DNA of 63,603 bases, filler included, from Reticulomyxa filosa (taxonomy: Eukaryota; Protista; Foraminifera), in the NCBI GenBank assembly GCA_000512085.1. It is 11 parts of 11 records of this genome, joined end to end, with 100 filler letters (N's around TTAATTAATTAA, not from the genome) between each part and the next. Parts side by side here need not be neighbours in the genome. Positions count along the whole stretch, not along the records: positions 35,003 to 37,603 come from ASPP01019537.1; positions 37,704 to 47,800 come from ASPP01008912.1; positions 47,901 to 52,418 come from ASPP01021794.1; 8 more parts are not named here. The stretch is one strand, 5' to 3'. The position numbers and the translations under genes are program-made. Below the pieces are notes generated by a model that was not told where the DNA came from, ran no database searches, and saw only the letters and a program-made list of their open reading frames with translations. Within the stretch, counting starts at the first letter, position 1, and every line of letters begins with the position of its first letter. Shown one piece after another: positions 34,903-48,888 of the stretch.

Positions 34903-36845
34903 NNNNNNNNNNNNNNNNNNNNNNNNNNNNNNNNNNNNNNNNNNNNTTAATTAATTAANNNNNNNNNNNNNNNNNNNNNNNNNNNNNNNNNNNNNNNNNN
35001 NNAAAAGTTTCGTTCAATGTCTTTTAAAGAGTTGAAAAGCATAATAATAAGACTATATCAAATATCAAAATAAATTGCAAAATATTTCAAGTGCTGTGTT
35101 TTTTGTGTAGAATCGAACAATTTTGCACGAAATATTATTTAAAACTTGAAATATTCAGTCTTTTCAAATAGTACAGCGATAGACTTAAGAAAAGTTTGTT
35201 AAAATTGGATAAATGAAAAAGGTATCAATAAATTTGAAATGCTGACAACAAAGTAAGGATAATTCTTTTAATTATAGATGCAATTTGAAAAGAATGAAAT
35301 CGTATTTTCAAAATAATTTATAAGTTCTTGTGGTTCTCAAAATTTGGTTATAACGAAATTATTATATAAAAAGCTCACTTACTGTATGCAATTCAATTCT
35401 TCTTGCGCTTTGATCAGTTCTTGTCTTGGATATAACAAAACAGTCTCATAATTCAATAATTGCAAATGCTAGTTATTTTTCAACTTTCGTATCAACATTT
35501 CTGCTTGATAATGTTTCTTTGAGTCATTATCACTAATGCAAGCAATCTATTCTTTGAATACACAATATTTGTGTCATTTGAATTCCATTGTGGAATCTTC
35601 AACAGTCATTACTTTTGACCATTGCTTTGTATCAAAGTCAGAAAATGAACAATGACAAGAAATGATGAAAACAAATAAACAAAATTATCATCCTGTTATT
35701 TTATAGAAATACAGGATTATCAATATTTATTTATTGATCAAACACAAATAAATTGTACTGCGTGAAACGGATTAACAAATAACAAATAATACATAGTCAA
35801 AAAATGAAATAAAATGTATTATTCAATATTGGATTCGAACTTTAAAGATAAAATTAGTATGGATTGATGATTTTAATAAAATTACAATACAATATAAAAT
35901 GAGCGAAACAGCCAAGCAATAACAAAAGGAAAAATTTCACAACTTAAAATTTAAACAGTTATCTTAAAAAACGAAAATGTTATAGTAAAAAAGGATATAA
36001 AATTTTGAAACAATTGGAAAGATTTTAAAAAATCAAGACTATATTAAAAAAACTACACAATTTGTATATATTTAAAAAAAAATTACGCACTTATAAAAGT
36101 CAAAAAAACTTTTTTTGAAAAAATCAGTATTTTTGTTTGTGTCGCTGCTACTTAAATTAATTCATTGTCTTTTTGCGCTGAAGCAACCTCAAATGGATCC
36201 TTTTTGGGGTTGCTGGAGACACTAAGGATGTTTTCTGGACATATTGTTCTCAATCCTTGCGCCAAACGTAGGCATTCCCTTTCCAATTAATATGAAATGT
36301 TGGTTTGTCTATTTGTTTGCCCAAATCGCATTTGCCTGGCCTTTTTTATATCATTCTATCTTCTCTAATCGTGGTTTTTCTTAATCGACCACTTACGTGC
36401 GTTCCTCGTGCTTTAATGCGTTGCAACGCGCTGAAATTTGTCGCTAGATGCCTACCCAGTCTCTGTGCAATTTGAAATTTTATGTTTACGCAGTTTTAAT
36501 GCTTCAAAGTCGAATATTTAAATTTTTACTCTTCAAGCTTAGCAAAGCAATATCAATTTAAAAACAAAACAAACACAGGCAAAGTTTATAAAAGTTGTGT
36601 TAAATTACATTTTTCGTTTCAACATCAAAGTTCCTTTTTGTTTTCAAACATTCTTCAAAAACTACAAAACACTATGTCAAAGTTTTTGTTGAAAATCTTT
36701 TTAAAAATCTTGTCTTCATCGAAAAAACAATTATATTTATTGTTAAAATCCTATTTCACGTTGCCAAAAATGTTTTAAAAACCCCTTTCATTACCCTCAA
36801 GAAAAAAGTTCAATCCATTTTACATCATCAAAAATAATCCTAAGC

Positions 36846-37603
36846 ATGACAACTCCTACCAATGAGAAGCAAACTTCTACACAAATAGTGTTGGTAAGAT
36901 TTATTACAAGCTTTCAGAAAGTTTGTTGTTTTTTTTTTATTGTTTTATTTATCGTATGTAATTTGTGATTTAAACAGTCTGAAGAAGAACAGATTCAAGT
37001 AATCGTACAACATTGGATTCGAACATTAAACATTAAATTAGGATGGATCAAAGATTTTGACAAACTCGTTGTCAATTATGTTAGTTCATCTATTCTTTCT
37101 TTTTTTTAAATACTAACCAAAATATTCAAATGTTTATTTAACACAGATATATACTGTCTTCATGTTTGACACATTTTGTTCATCATCCAAATTAATTAAT
37201 ACATTTACTGGACATACAAGTACTGTGTGGAGTATTGATTATTCAACACTTGATGATTGTCAATTCATTTGTTCTGGATCACAAGATAACACAGTTCGTG
37301 TATGGGATGTTGATAACAACAAGCAAATTCAATCATTCAGTGGACATTCAAGTAATGTGTTTTGTGTGAAATTTTCATCATATTATTATCATAATCATCG
37401 CCGACATGTCATTTGTTCTTCATCAAGTGACAAAACCATTCGTTTTTGGGATTTCAAACATAACAAGGTATTACAAATATTTAATGAACACACAAAGGGT
37501 GTTTATGGAATTGAATTTTCACCATTTAATGGTGGTAGATATTTATGTTCTGGATCTGATGACAATACGATTCGTTTATGGGATGTTGAAACATCAAAAT
37601 CAT
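36846..37603 (+). CDS. WD40-repeat protein, spliced, 3'-truncated
   Basis: GHTSTVWSIDYS..CSGSQDNTVRVWD repeats; N-terminal exon carries HWIRTLNIKLGWIKDFDKLVVNY. Confidence 0.92.
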
Positions 37604-37703
37604 NNNNNNNNNNNNNNNNNNNNNNNNNNNNNNNNNNNNNNNNNNNNTTAATTAATTAANNNNNNNNNNNNNNNNNNNNNNNNNNNNNNNNNNNNNNNNN
37701 NNN

Positions 37704-37726
<23 letters not shown>

Positions 37727-37736
<10 letters not shown>

Positions 37737-38376
37737 TAAAACCTGTAGATTCAACATATTTGGGTTTTGTCCAATCTGCCAATCGATTAGTGTTCCCCGA
37801 TGATGATAAATGCTTGTTGTCCGTGCAACTGACGTGAAGTTTGAATATTAATGTGTTGCTTGGGTCTTCCGCGCGACTCAGCGTTGAGAGTATTTTTGGA
37901 TGGATACGGATTGGAATTAGTCCTATTCGATGGGCTAATATTTCATCATGGATTACACTCGAGTTTTGTAAAAATGTCACTTCGTCAAATGCAATTGTTG
38001 GAATTTCACTTAGCATTATGCGTCGCAGTGCGTTGGCAAATGATGCGTCAATACCACTCACATCCACTATCATTCGGGATGGATATGGCGCACCTGCCTC
38101 TTTTTGAATTTTTTTTATATTCACGTGCATGTTCTTCAGGTGTTTTTTTAAATTAAAACTGTTGTTAATGCCTAAGCTTTTAAATGCATCAGGATGAATT
38201 ATGCCACTTGTCTTACAAACAACACAGCACATATGTGTTATACACAATTACTTAAACAGACATAAAACACTTTTCAACTTAACATGCAAAACCAAATCTT
38301 TATTGAGGAACACTTGATTTCGAATCGCTTCTAATTGTTCTGGAAGTGGTTTTGAGGAATCATCTTGATTGGCCAT
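37727..38376 (-). CDS. POLR1C: RNA polymerase I/III subunit AC40 (RPAC1), 5' part
   Basis: GIDASFANALRRIMLSEIPTIAFDEV..NSSVIHDEILAHRIGLIPI..NTLIFKLHVSC. Confidence 0.9.
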
Positions 38377-38836
38377 TTTATTGAGATAATGGATTCGAGG
38401 TCAGCCACACCAAAAAAAAAATTTTTTTTGAACTTAACAGCAGACAAAAATGAAGTTATATCCATATTGCAAAAGGCAAAACGATTTGAGGATTTTGTGT
38501 TATACTCTCTTTAACTTTTTTATTAATTACATCGTTTCTTGAAACTCGGAACAGGACGGACTATTTGTAAGTCTTTAAGCGTTAAATTTTATTTTTCACA
38601 ATACTAAAAAAATAATTTTTTAACGATCAACAAACAAAATAAAATTGATAAAACAAGAAAAGTTACAAAAAAAAGAGTTTTATTTTTTGTTTGCGTGTTG
38701 AATTTGCAAAACTTTTGTAATTGCTATCCATGAATCTTGACTCCATTTTAGACAGTTTGCCAATATACTTACTCTTTTTTTTTTTTACCTTTTTCCTTGA
38801 ACTACAACTCTCGCATGTCTTATGTTTGTGTGAACA

Positions 38837-39802
38837 AGTTGCGTTGGACGACTTGGAAGCGTCCTCTTGGCGAACGAGCAACATGGAAGAAATAAATGAT
38901 AAAAACAAAGAAAAAAGTTGGATTGAAGAAAAAATTGAAGGACATAATAAACACATAATTGAAGAAGAAAAAGTACCAAAAAATCAAGATGCATATGCAA
39001 TTGATGAAGCATTATCTACAGTAAATGCAAGCGTACAAGGAGCACAATCATGTGAAATAAGTAATCAAAAAAATAATGAAATGAATAAATTTTTCAAGAC
39101 CTTCTTTTCATCTGTCGAAACAAATACATTTGATGAAAAATATTCACAGACCCATTTTTTGGATATTGAATCTCTTAAAGAGTCAATACAAATTATTGCA
39201 TCCAAAGTTTTTTTTATTACTCTATTTTTTTTTTTAATATGTTATATTTATGATATTTTATATACAAAAAATAAAAGTATCCACAATGGTTAGAACAAAA
39301 TCAAATAAATTTTGAATCCAAACAATTGGAAAATTATCAAAATCAATGTGATTTATATTTACGTATTTATCAAAAATTAAAAAATATTGATACAATTAAT
39401 CAAAATAATTCTAATATTGATATTAGTGTCAATATTAATGAAATTAAGGAATTGTTAACAAAGATATGTACGTATGGAACTGTGCCAAATGAATTAATGG
39501 ATGGTATAATGCCTGATAATTTGCAATATTTTGCAAATATTATGCTACAATTACAAAAAGAATGGAAAATAAAAAATAGTAATCAACATTCAATAAATAC
39601 AAATAATATTAATATTTCATCTCATGAAAATTCAAATAATGATTCATCTATGAAATTTATTCTACAAATGATAAATCAATCGAGTATAAGTACTTTTGAG
39701 AGTCATCCAAATGTGCAAGATCACAGAGATATACCTAGTTTGACTCCTGATGAAATTAGACAAATGAAGGAATTAATGACAAGTGAATGTTTGATTATGT
39801 AA
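38837..39802 (+). CDS. Spliced hypothetical protein
   Basis: ORFs 38721-39293 and 39326-39802 separated by an AT-rich intron-like segment. Confidence 0.4.
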
Positions 39803-40924
39803 ATCAGACAAATCTTTAAATTAAATGCTAATCTTTAATAAATTCAAGTGTGGCCATATGTGTATGAGGTGTGGTTATAGAGTAGACATTGAAGAAGAGG
39901 AAAATTCTTTAATTTTTGTTATTTGTTTTCAATAAGTTGCTTTTTGAGCCAATGCCTTTTGTTTTTGTTGTTTTTTTGTGATACATAGTTAAAGTGAAAA
40001 TATAAAAATTTGTTTTTGTTCGTTTAAGAGAAAAAAATAGTGGAAGCTTTCCAAATTTTTATTAAATAGCTCATAAAAGTTCTCTCAAGATTTTTTGTTT
40101 TTAATTGAATCTTTTTGTTTTGCAATGGTAAATTCAAACAGAAAAATTGTAATTCTTTTTAAACTGGGATCCTGTCATTCTTCATTGGTATGGCATAAGT
40201 CTTGCAAACATCCAAATCAGTTCTTGTCACTATTGTCTTTTATTTAGAAAATCGTTCTTTTTTGGCAAAATAATGAATTTTGGATGTTAGAACTGAATAA
40301 TTCCTGGAATGTGTAAGAGAAGTACCATGAATAAACCATGGATACTTAACCAAAGGTAAACAATTATTAATGATCTGGTGATCTATTCATAGGAAACACT
40401 TTGGTTCAACTTCATTATTGAGCCAATTTATTTTACGAAAGTTCAAAAGCAGATCAATATTGTTGCTGGTAGTACAAAAAAATAGAAGATCTTAGTATAC
40501 GTTGAAGCCGTAAGTGTCGATATATTACGTACATACAAAGAGTTGTGCTAATGTAATGTTCACACTTTAAAGAATTAGTTTTTTTATGTAAAATAAACAA
40601 ATTATGCTGAAATTCGTAGAACGCGCTATGATGATTTTCTTATATTGTTGGAAAGAAAAGGCTGTTGTCTGGAATTAGTTTTCATAAAACAAACATTGAG
40701 GACTAGAATAAAAGCTTGGCTGCTTGCCCAACATAACTGAGCTAGTTTTCACTTGAGTAACATTTTTCCCACAATCTAGGAACTTGCTTCACCTCTTGGG
40801 AACATTTTTTATGTTAGAAAAACAAGTGGGAAGGGAAACATAAAAGTAGATTCGTCGGCACTTTTGTTGTTTGTCCGAAACAATCAAACCAATTCAATTT
40901 ATGTGAAAAAACTGCACAAACAAG

Positions 40925-43221
40925 TCAGCAGTTCTTGTTTAGTGTACATTCTGTACAAAACCAGTCGCCTGAAGGGCATTCGCTCAATCCGGCACAGTGC
41001 AAATGGCAAACATGGGAACACGATTCACAGCACACAAAATCTCCAACATCCTTGCATATGTAACAGACTTCTTCATGTCTATCAAAGAAAGCGGTTGGAT
41101 CGTAGGTTTTTTGTAACCATTCGGTGATCGTCAAAGCCGCGATATCGTTATCAAAGCTTGTAACGTCAAATATTCCTAAATTATTTTGCAAGTGACCCCA
41201 AGAAAATTTAATAATTACAAACGCCTCATCATTTTTTTTTTTTTTTAAGTAACAAACGTACATATCGTCAATGTGTTAAAATGAACTCACCTGAAGTAGC
41301 AATTAACTCCAAATGTAATCGTTCAACCATAGATTTGCAAGTGCTTGTTTCGTTGTAATAGTTACGGACTTGTAACACTTGTTCCATTTTGAGAATTAGC
41401 TCCTTCATAGTAAATTTTGTGGCGCCCAGCGCTTTAACAGCTTCTTGTAGCGGATTGCGTGTCTGACGAACGCGCATAACTACACGAGCCTCAGCCTGTG
41501 GTGCTGGTACAGTCCCATTGGCAAGTGCGGATAGAACTTGTGCTTCGGGTGTGTCAATGACATATTCCATTGGAATAACACGGTATGCAGGGCAGGCGGT
41601 ACCTGTGTTTAACACACGACGGCGTTTGAACTGTTTTTCAGGTATTTCATTGTTGCGTTCGTCGCCCTCGTTCATAGCACCAATGGTATTGGTTTCGTTC
41701 GTATCTACGTTGTCATGGTGTATTTGGTTGTAAGTTCGCTTTTTTGGTTTGGTTGAAGAAGACCGCAAGTGCTTTGAATTGGTTTGATGTTTTTGGTGCT
41801 TCTTTTTTTTCTTTCGTTTGTTTTCTGCAGATGAATCGTTGTCGTTACTTTCTTCATTTAATTCAATAACCATTTCCTCAAGATCACTCTCCACATCTTC
41901 ATCACTTTCCGTAAACGACTTCCACTCTGCTTCTTCGTCGCTATTCACTTTCATCGCGCATTCATCGTACACAATTTCTTCTTCTCGTTCAACCTCATCC
42001 GAGCTTTTTTCGTCGATTTGACAAGTTCCACTCACCATCATCTTCTTTTTTTTTTTTTTTGTTTAAAAAAAATTAGTACATATTGTTCTTTGTTCCGAGA
42101 CAATTCCCTTTTCTTTATTCTCTTTTCTCTCCTCTCTCTCTTCCTTTCTCTTTCGCAATAGTTTTAAGAAAAGAAAAAAAAAAAAAAAAACCAATGGGAA
42201 GAAGAAAAGGGGAGAAAAAAAAAGGAAAAAAAATTGATGTATACGTGTTTAAAATAAAATTTTGCAATAAAAATACCATCATCATCACTGTTGATTTCCT
42301 TCTTTGCACTGGTACTCGTCTTTCTCCTTTGGACAGGTTGTTTCTTGGACTTATTTTTTTTTTTTTTGCTTACAACTTCGGTCTTATGTTTGGACAAGGA
42401 TTTTCGTGATTTTCCTTTTGCCTTAGCCGAAACAGTACCTTTGTCACCATTGTTGCTGGCATTGGCATTATTATTGTTATTATTATTGTTATTATTATTG
42501 TTGTTATTATTGTTGTTATTATTGTTATTATTACTACTGTTATTATTATCATTATTATTATTATTATTATTATTGTTGTTGCTGTTGTTAACATTATTGC
42601 CATTGTTATTGTTAACGTTATTGTTGTCCATTTCAATGGTGGTATTTCTTTTGGACGGCTTCGACTTACTTTTTTCAGGTGTCGGCAACGGATGAGGTGG
42701 CAATGTTTTATCCACAGCTACGTTGGCGGTCAAAGCATTTGAGTCTCGGTTTTGTTCAACAGTATCTTTGTTTTTATTTTTCGGGGGTCTTCCTCTTCGT
42801 TTCTTTTCTTTAATGGCAGTAATGTTTGTCTCAGGATTTTGTTCGTTGGGTTTTTTTTCTTGATTGGTTGCGACAGTGCTTTCGCTGTCATTGGATAGGT
42901 ACTGTTGCGATTGTTTTTGTGATTGGCTCTGTGCCAGCAATTGTTGTTGGATTGTCGCAATCAGATTACGAAAGGGTGGTTGCGATATCATCAATGACTC
43001 CAAAAACTGTGCTGCCGATTGAGGATTACAAGTCACTGTTTCCAATCGTTTTACTTTTTTCAACCAGTCGTTAATTTGAGGATATCTCTGCAACAACGCG
43101 TTTAACACTAACACGGGATCTTGTGCCGGGGATTGAGCTGCTGCCACGTTGCTTGTATTGATTTGGACTTTTCGTTGGTACATATTATTATTGTTTGGAA
43201 TATTATTGTTATTGTTATTGC

Positions 43222-43253
<32 letters not shown>

Positions 43254-44079
43254 GTGTTATTTTCGGGTCTTGACTCGTTCACTGCTGCATTGTATTGCGA
43301 TACTGCGCTTGCGCCGACGTGACCATTTCCAGCCGCACCACGAGGTGTTGCAATAAAACTGCTCACTAGAGATCCAGATGAGGGTCCACTCGAGATATGA
43401 GGTCGAGATGGTTGCGACTGTTGTTGTTGTTGTTGTTGTTGCTGTTGTTGTTGTTGCTGTTGTTGTTGTTGCTGGTGTTGTTGATATTGTTGATGTTGTT
43501 GATGCTGTTGTTGTTGCTGTTGATGTTGTTGATGCTGTTGGTGTTGTTGCTGCTGTTGCTGCTGTTGCTGCTGTTGCTGCTGCTGTTGCTGTTGTTGTTG
43601 ACGGTAATATTGAATTGGTTGATAAATCGTTTGTTGTAGACCGTCAGCAGCTTTCTCCAAAGATCGTCCTCCATACATTGGCGATATTGTCTGCATCATT
43701 TGCGAACGCTGATTTGGATTTGAGCTATTATCCCCAGAACCCACTGACGTGATGCTGGAAATATTTAATGCTGGATTTGAAAGACTGTTGCTATAATGAG
43801 TTACGTTGTTTCCTGGATTCGTGGAGGCATTTGGTGAGGAAATATGCGCCTGCGAATAAATTACACCACCACTATTGGAATTTGGAACAACATTTGGAGT
43901 ATTTGGACTGGCGTTTGTCAACAAGGGCTGCGCTACCGTTGGCGCGCCCTGCGGCAACTGTTGTCTCTGCTGCAACGAGCGTTGATAAAGTTGACCAAAC
44001 AATTGTTGTATTGCAGAATCACTTAAGCCTTGGCTTTTTAATGTCTGATAATAATGCTGCAAAGTGTTGTTATCCATAT
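40925..44079 (-). CDS. Chromatin protein with poly-Q/poly-N tracts, AT-hook and C-terminal PHD finger
   Basis: KRRGRPPK (AT-hook); HEEVCYICKDVGDFVCCESCSHVCHLHCAGLSECPSGDWFCTEC (C4HC3 PHD); at least three exons. Confidence 0.85.
42468..42627. repeat. Poly-Asn trinucleotide tract
   Basis: (TTA/TTG)n on the + strand, in frame in the PHD gene. Confidence 0.9.
43418..43580. repeat. Poly-Gln(His) trinucleotide tract
   Basis: (TTG/CTG/ATG)n on the + strand. Confidence 0.9.
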
Positions 44080-44266
44080 CCTTCAAATATTCCACTATGA
44101 AAAAATAGGCTAAATTTGTATTCCTTTTTTTCTTCAACTTTTTTTCTTCCCGCAAAAAAGAGATAAGAGACACGTTTTTGCCGATATTGGAAAAGTCTTT
44201 TTGAAAATGGATACAAAATCTCTTAAACCAAGGAAAAGTATTTCAAAAACACACCAAAACAAACAT

Positions 44267-46209
44267 TCAAACAGTGCCGTCTCTCTTTCGTCGTTTTCTT
44301 CGACGTGACCTTCTAACACGATTTGACTTGCGAGTTGCAGGTTCAGTTCTGTTGTCAGGTTGATTGTCCGAATGTATTGTATTATGTAATTTTTGTATCG
44401 GCGATGGATCAGTTATTCTGTCATGATTTGTTTGTCTGTGATCCGAGAGAGTACTAAATTCTGTCAGAGGCACCTTTTGCTCACAGGACTGATTGTGAGG
44501 ATTCTCTGTGTTTTGTTCATACGGCGCGGTACCAGCCAGAAAAGGAGACATTGCGGCAAGTTTCTTCCCCACACTACGAATGGCAGGAGGAGTGACCAGA
44601 AGTATATCCTCTTCATTACTTGAGCTGAATTCTGATGGGAGTGATTCTTTTCGGTGCTGGTGCGCGTTTTGGTGTACAAAGTCATTGCTTTTATTCAGTT
44701 CAACGATTTGTTCCGTTTGGCTTTGTGCACTTATGGCTCGCTTTTAGTAAAGTGCGTCACATATAAAAAAAAAGAAAATTATATCAACAGTTTTTTTTTT
44801 TTTTTTAAGTTTTAATATAAATTTGTGTGAATATAACCATCATTTCGTTGGCTTGACGCTTGGATTTTTTCTCTTGCAAAACACGAGGATCAATCAATGG
44901 GTATTGCGACGAGTCAATAATCTTGGTTACTCGACCAACAGCAATAGCACCCATTGCCTTTCTCACAATGACTTTTTGCCCACATTGAACATGTTCGCAT
45001 TGATGCATAAAAGCAAATATAGCAATTCCAGTTTCACCACCACGCAATTTCGGACGTGGTTTTAGTTTCAAAATATGAGCGGCTTGTCGAATGCTTTCAA
45101 TATGCACAATAGGTTGAGAGTGCTTATGAATTTCGCAATTGTGCAATACGTCCAACTCCGCCTCAAAAGCGTAGCAAGCTTTGGGATGAAGCGATGAATC
45201 GAGCAAAACCATGCCTCTGCGTACTTGAAGTAGACTGCTCACTTCTGTGAGATGGAGAGTTGCCAACTGGCCAGCGTACGCAACCAATGAGTGGCGTCGC
45301 CGAACGTGAATTGATTGAACAGTAACAAGTTGAAAATCACCGCTGTCGAGCATGGGTCCCAATAAGAGTCGTTGGCCGGAGCGAATGACACCTTTGCGGA
45401 TTACTCCACCGACAATCACACCAACGCCGGCCACTTCGAGTATGTGATCGATTCCAAGTTCAGTGGGCTATAAGTTTGGGAGCATCAAACCGGCCATCAT
45501 GAGAATGTTCCCATTGTTTTATACGTTTTTTTTAAAAAAAAAAAAAAGTTAAAAGAGCTTAACCTGGTGAATAGAATCTTTCCAATTCTGTTCTTTTGAT
45601 AACGAAAATAAAAACGTTTTGAGCGAGGGCAGACCTATGTTATGAGGGAGGAAAAAAATAAATTGAAACCAATATCGTGTGTGAACCAGAAAAGACCATT
45701 GAAAGCGTTACACAATACACACATACCATCGCCGTTGACACAGCTGCACACAAACATGGGCACAATCTCATTGGCTTGCATGGCACGAGCTGCAGCACAA
45801 CTTTCATTGGGCGAGGTGACGTGCTGCGTTCGCATTCGACTGTTTGTTTCTTTCTTAACAATTTTGGACAATCGCGATAACAGCTCGGGAATACGATGTT
45901 GGTATTTGACATCATCGCATTTGGATAACACGACAAACATTGGAACGTCCAGCGATTTGCACAGTGCGAAATACCGACGATAGCTGGGCTCTGCTCGTTT
46001 GATGTTGTATGCAAACCCTACAGATGACACACTCAAAGGAGAGCCAAGAGTGGTCGCACTGCTAGCGTTGCGAAAAGAAGTGGGAAAAAGCAACGAATTG
46101 ATTTTGGCATTGGCATTGGCATTGGAAGGAATGTTGTCATCCATAGTTTTGAGGTCGTTTTTATCAATACTGTCGATTTCATTCAGCGATGCAAGTATCG
46201 TATTTGACA

Positions 46210-46240
<31 letters not shown>

Positions 46241-47760
46241 GTTATTATGATTGTGATCCGATGGAAACTCAAGCGACTGCTCTTGAAGCCCGAGTGTCAA
46301 CGACACGTCAACAACGTCTTGTGAAGATACCGATTCACAACGAAACGGAAGCGAAAGATCCTTTTCAGTTGATTTTTTTGGTACAGGATCTGATCCAGAA
46401 GAATCGAATGTGTAATCTTTGGCTGCATTTGAGTCAGGCAGGGCCTTAGTTTGTGCAAAGTCCTTTGAGGGCGACGCAGCACAGGCCTTGGGGTTGATCG
46501 AAGACGGTGATGATGACTGACGATGACAATGACGATGATGGAGTGTCTGAATCAAACGACATCATTCCAATGCCACCCAAACCCACTTTGGCATTTTCTT
46601 TTTCGTTTTGTTTTTTGTTGTCTTGTTTTTGTTTTTTTTCTTTTGGCCACGTTTGATTTGTTCTTCAATCGTATCTTTATCAAAATCGTTGGGAGAAATG
46701 ACGAGCATCACGTAGTCGGGTTTGTGCGAGGCCAGTCCAGACACTGCTGTTTTGTGATATTTTTCATGACCTGCCAAATCCACAAAGGTTATCACCTTCG
46801 TAGATGATTGCACAATTTCATGCCATTCACCAGGTATTAATGCGTCTTCATTTACTGTTGCTCCCTACATCACAAAGATAAGACAAGGAAAGGATTGATA
46901 TATGTCATTGGTATATTTCAATTTTTTTTTGGTAACATAACAAAAAAAAAAAAAAAAGGGGTCAAATGAATTTTTGTTGTTTTCGAAACTTTTTCATCAA
47001 ATCCAAGGACGTGATAGCTGATGGAACTCGTTCGGCCCTCAAATATTTCATGTAAATGACGAAACACATTTTTCCGTGCTGCACCTCGACCATCGTCTAA
47101 GTGTCCTCTCGTCAGGACACCAATCAGTGTTGATTTTCCGGCGCCTTCGTTGCCAGCAACACACAACTTTTTTTAAGTTCACCCCCCCCCAGCACCAAAA
47201 AAAAAAAATAATAATAAAAATTGGAGTCGTCAATAATAGTGCGAAAATCTCTAACGTAACAAATTATTATATAATTGGACATAATCAAATTGTTTTTTTT
47301 TTAAAAAAAAAAAAAATTCAACTCGAAGATCAAGCACTTTGTTTTCAAACTGGCCATTTGCCATCTGAACGAACAACTGGGCTGCTTTGCCACTGTTTCC
47401 CTCTCTTTTAGTTGCCACATAACTCTGCAAAATATCGTTTATACAACATAGACACGCCCTTACATATAAACACAAAGAGACACTTACAATTGTCGAATCT
47501 TCACAATCTTCACATCCGCGTGAATTTGCTTCGCCATCAAAAATATCGTTTTCACTGTTCCTATTAACTCTTCTTCGCTTAATCTGTTTTAAATATTCAC
47601 AAACTTTTTTTCTCTCACTGTTGTAAATTCAATCACACAAAACAGAACAAGATAATACACAGCCGCAAACCCGCTTAGAGTTCCATCATCTTCAACACCG
47701 ACTTCATAGTAACACTTGCCATTTCCAGAACGTAATCGGTAGTTCATTTGAGTTATCTTG
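44267..47760 (-). CDS. GTPBP1/GTPBP2-family translational GTPase, multi-exon, 5'-truncated
   Basis: [24 protein letters not shown]; [40 protein letters not shown]; [12 protein letters not shown]; [10 protein letters not shown] (domain II); FEAEL.VLH (domain III). Confidence 0.9.
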
Positions 47761-47900
47761 CAATTTTATTTTATTTTTTTTTTTTGGTACATTAAAAAAA
47801 NNNNNNNNNNNNNNNNNNNNNNNNNNNNNNNNNNNNNNNNNNNNTTAATTAATTAANNNNNNNNNNNNNNNNNNNNNNNNNNNNNNNNNNNNNNNNNNNN

Positions 47901-48171
47901 CTCTCCTCCTTTTTAATTGACTCCACCTTTTTTTTTTTTTGTGTTGAAATAACTTTGTTGACTTTTCTTGTTTTTTTGTACCAATTTTTTAAAGACAGCA
48001 AAGAGGAGAAATTGGTCAGATCAAATACTAACAACACTGCCAATGCTCCTTCGAAGAATGATGGCATCACAATCTCACAGTTTCTTCCACCAACGTCCCA
48101 GATTGACAGTATCACATCCACATTTTTTATATGAACCACCTTTTCCTTGTAATTCACTGACTACCCTTGTT

Positions 48172-48204
<33 letters not shown>

Positions 48205-48454
48205 TTGTCTTTGTTTGTGTGAGATTGGTTTGACTACTTCGCGTTCAACACAGAAATGAACACTTTTTTTTTTCTGTGCGTGGTTTTGGTTTGTCAAGTT
48301 GTACCAAGGTCGAAGCGCAGTCTCTCTCGTATTCGCCGGCAACATATCTCAACATCAATGTTGTTTTGCCAACATTACTCTCTCCCATGATACTGACCGG
48401 AATCGACACTTGGCTTTTTGGCTTTGTGGCTTTTGTATCTTTTGTCGGTTTCAT
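47901..48454 (-). CDS. Spg1/Tem1-like small GTPase, partial
   Basis: GESNVGKTTLMLRYVAGEYE..STL/VNYKEKVV..LSIWDVGG..MP..EGALAVLLVFDLT..SL.SLKNWY..RKVN. Confidence 0.8.
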
Positions 48455-48888
48455 CAGTAAGAATTTGAGCTAGCTTCCACGTTTTTCCAAAGGAACACTT
48501 TCCGTTTTAGTTTTTTTGCTTTGTCTGTGATTTTTGTGCATTGCATTCGAGCAAATGTTCGATTCTACGGTCAATTGTTTTTTGACAAAGTATACGAGTA
48601 GTCAAAGATAAATCATGCCAAGCTATTATTTGCTTATTTAAATAGTCCTTTTAAATGGACCAGAGTTTATGACTGTGAAAGTTAGTCACATTTAAACACA
48701 AGTTCCAGCACACATTTGAAAGATGAAAGACGTTAATGGGAAAAAAATATTCCAAGATTCTCTGCGTCAGTTTAAGAAAAATTAAAATACATTATTGAAA
48801 GTTACAACACTTGCAGATTTTTTTTAAACAAATTTCACTGGATTAATATTTAGTTGTTTTTTTTTTTTTATACAAGTGCGAATTAAAA

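Noticed and set aside
36170-36480. Locally GC-richer island in an AT-rich intergenic region
   Set aside because: May be a decayed gene or transposon, but I could not identify an ORF, motif or terminal repeat.
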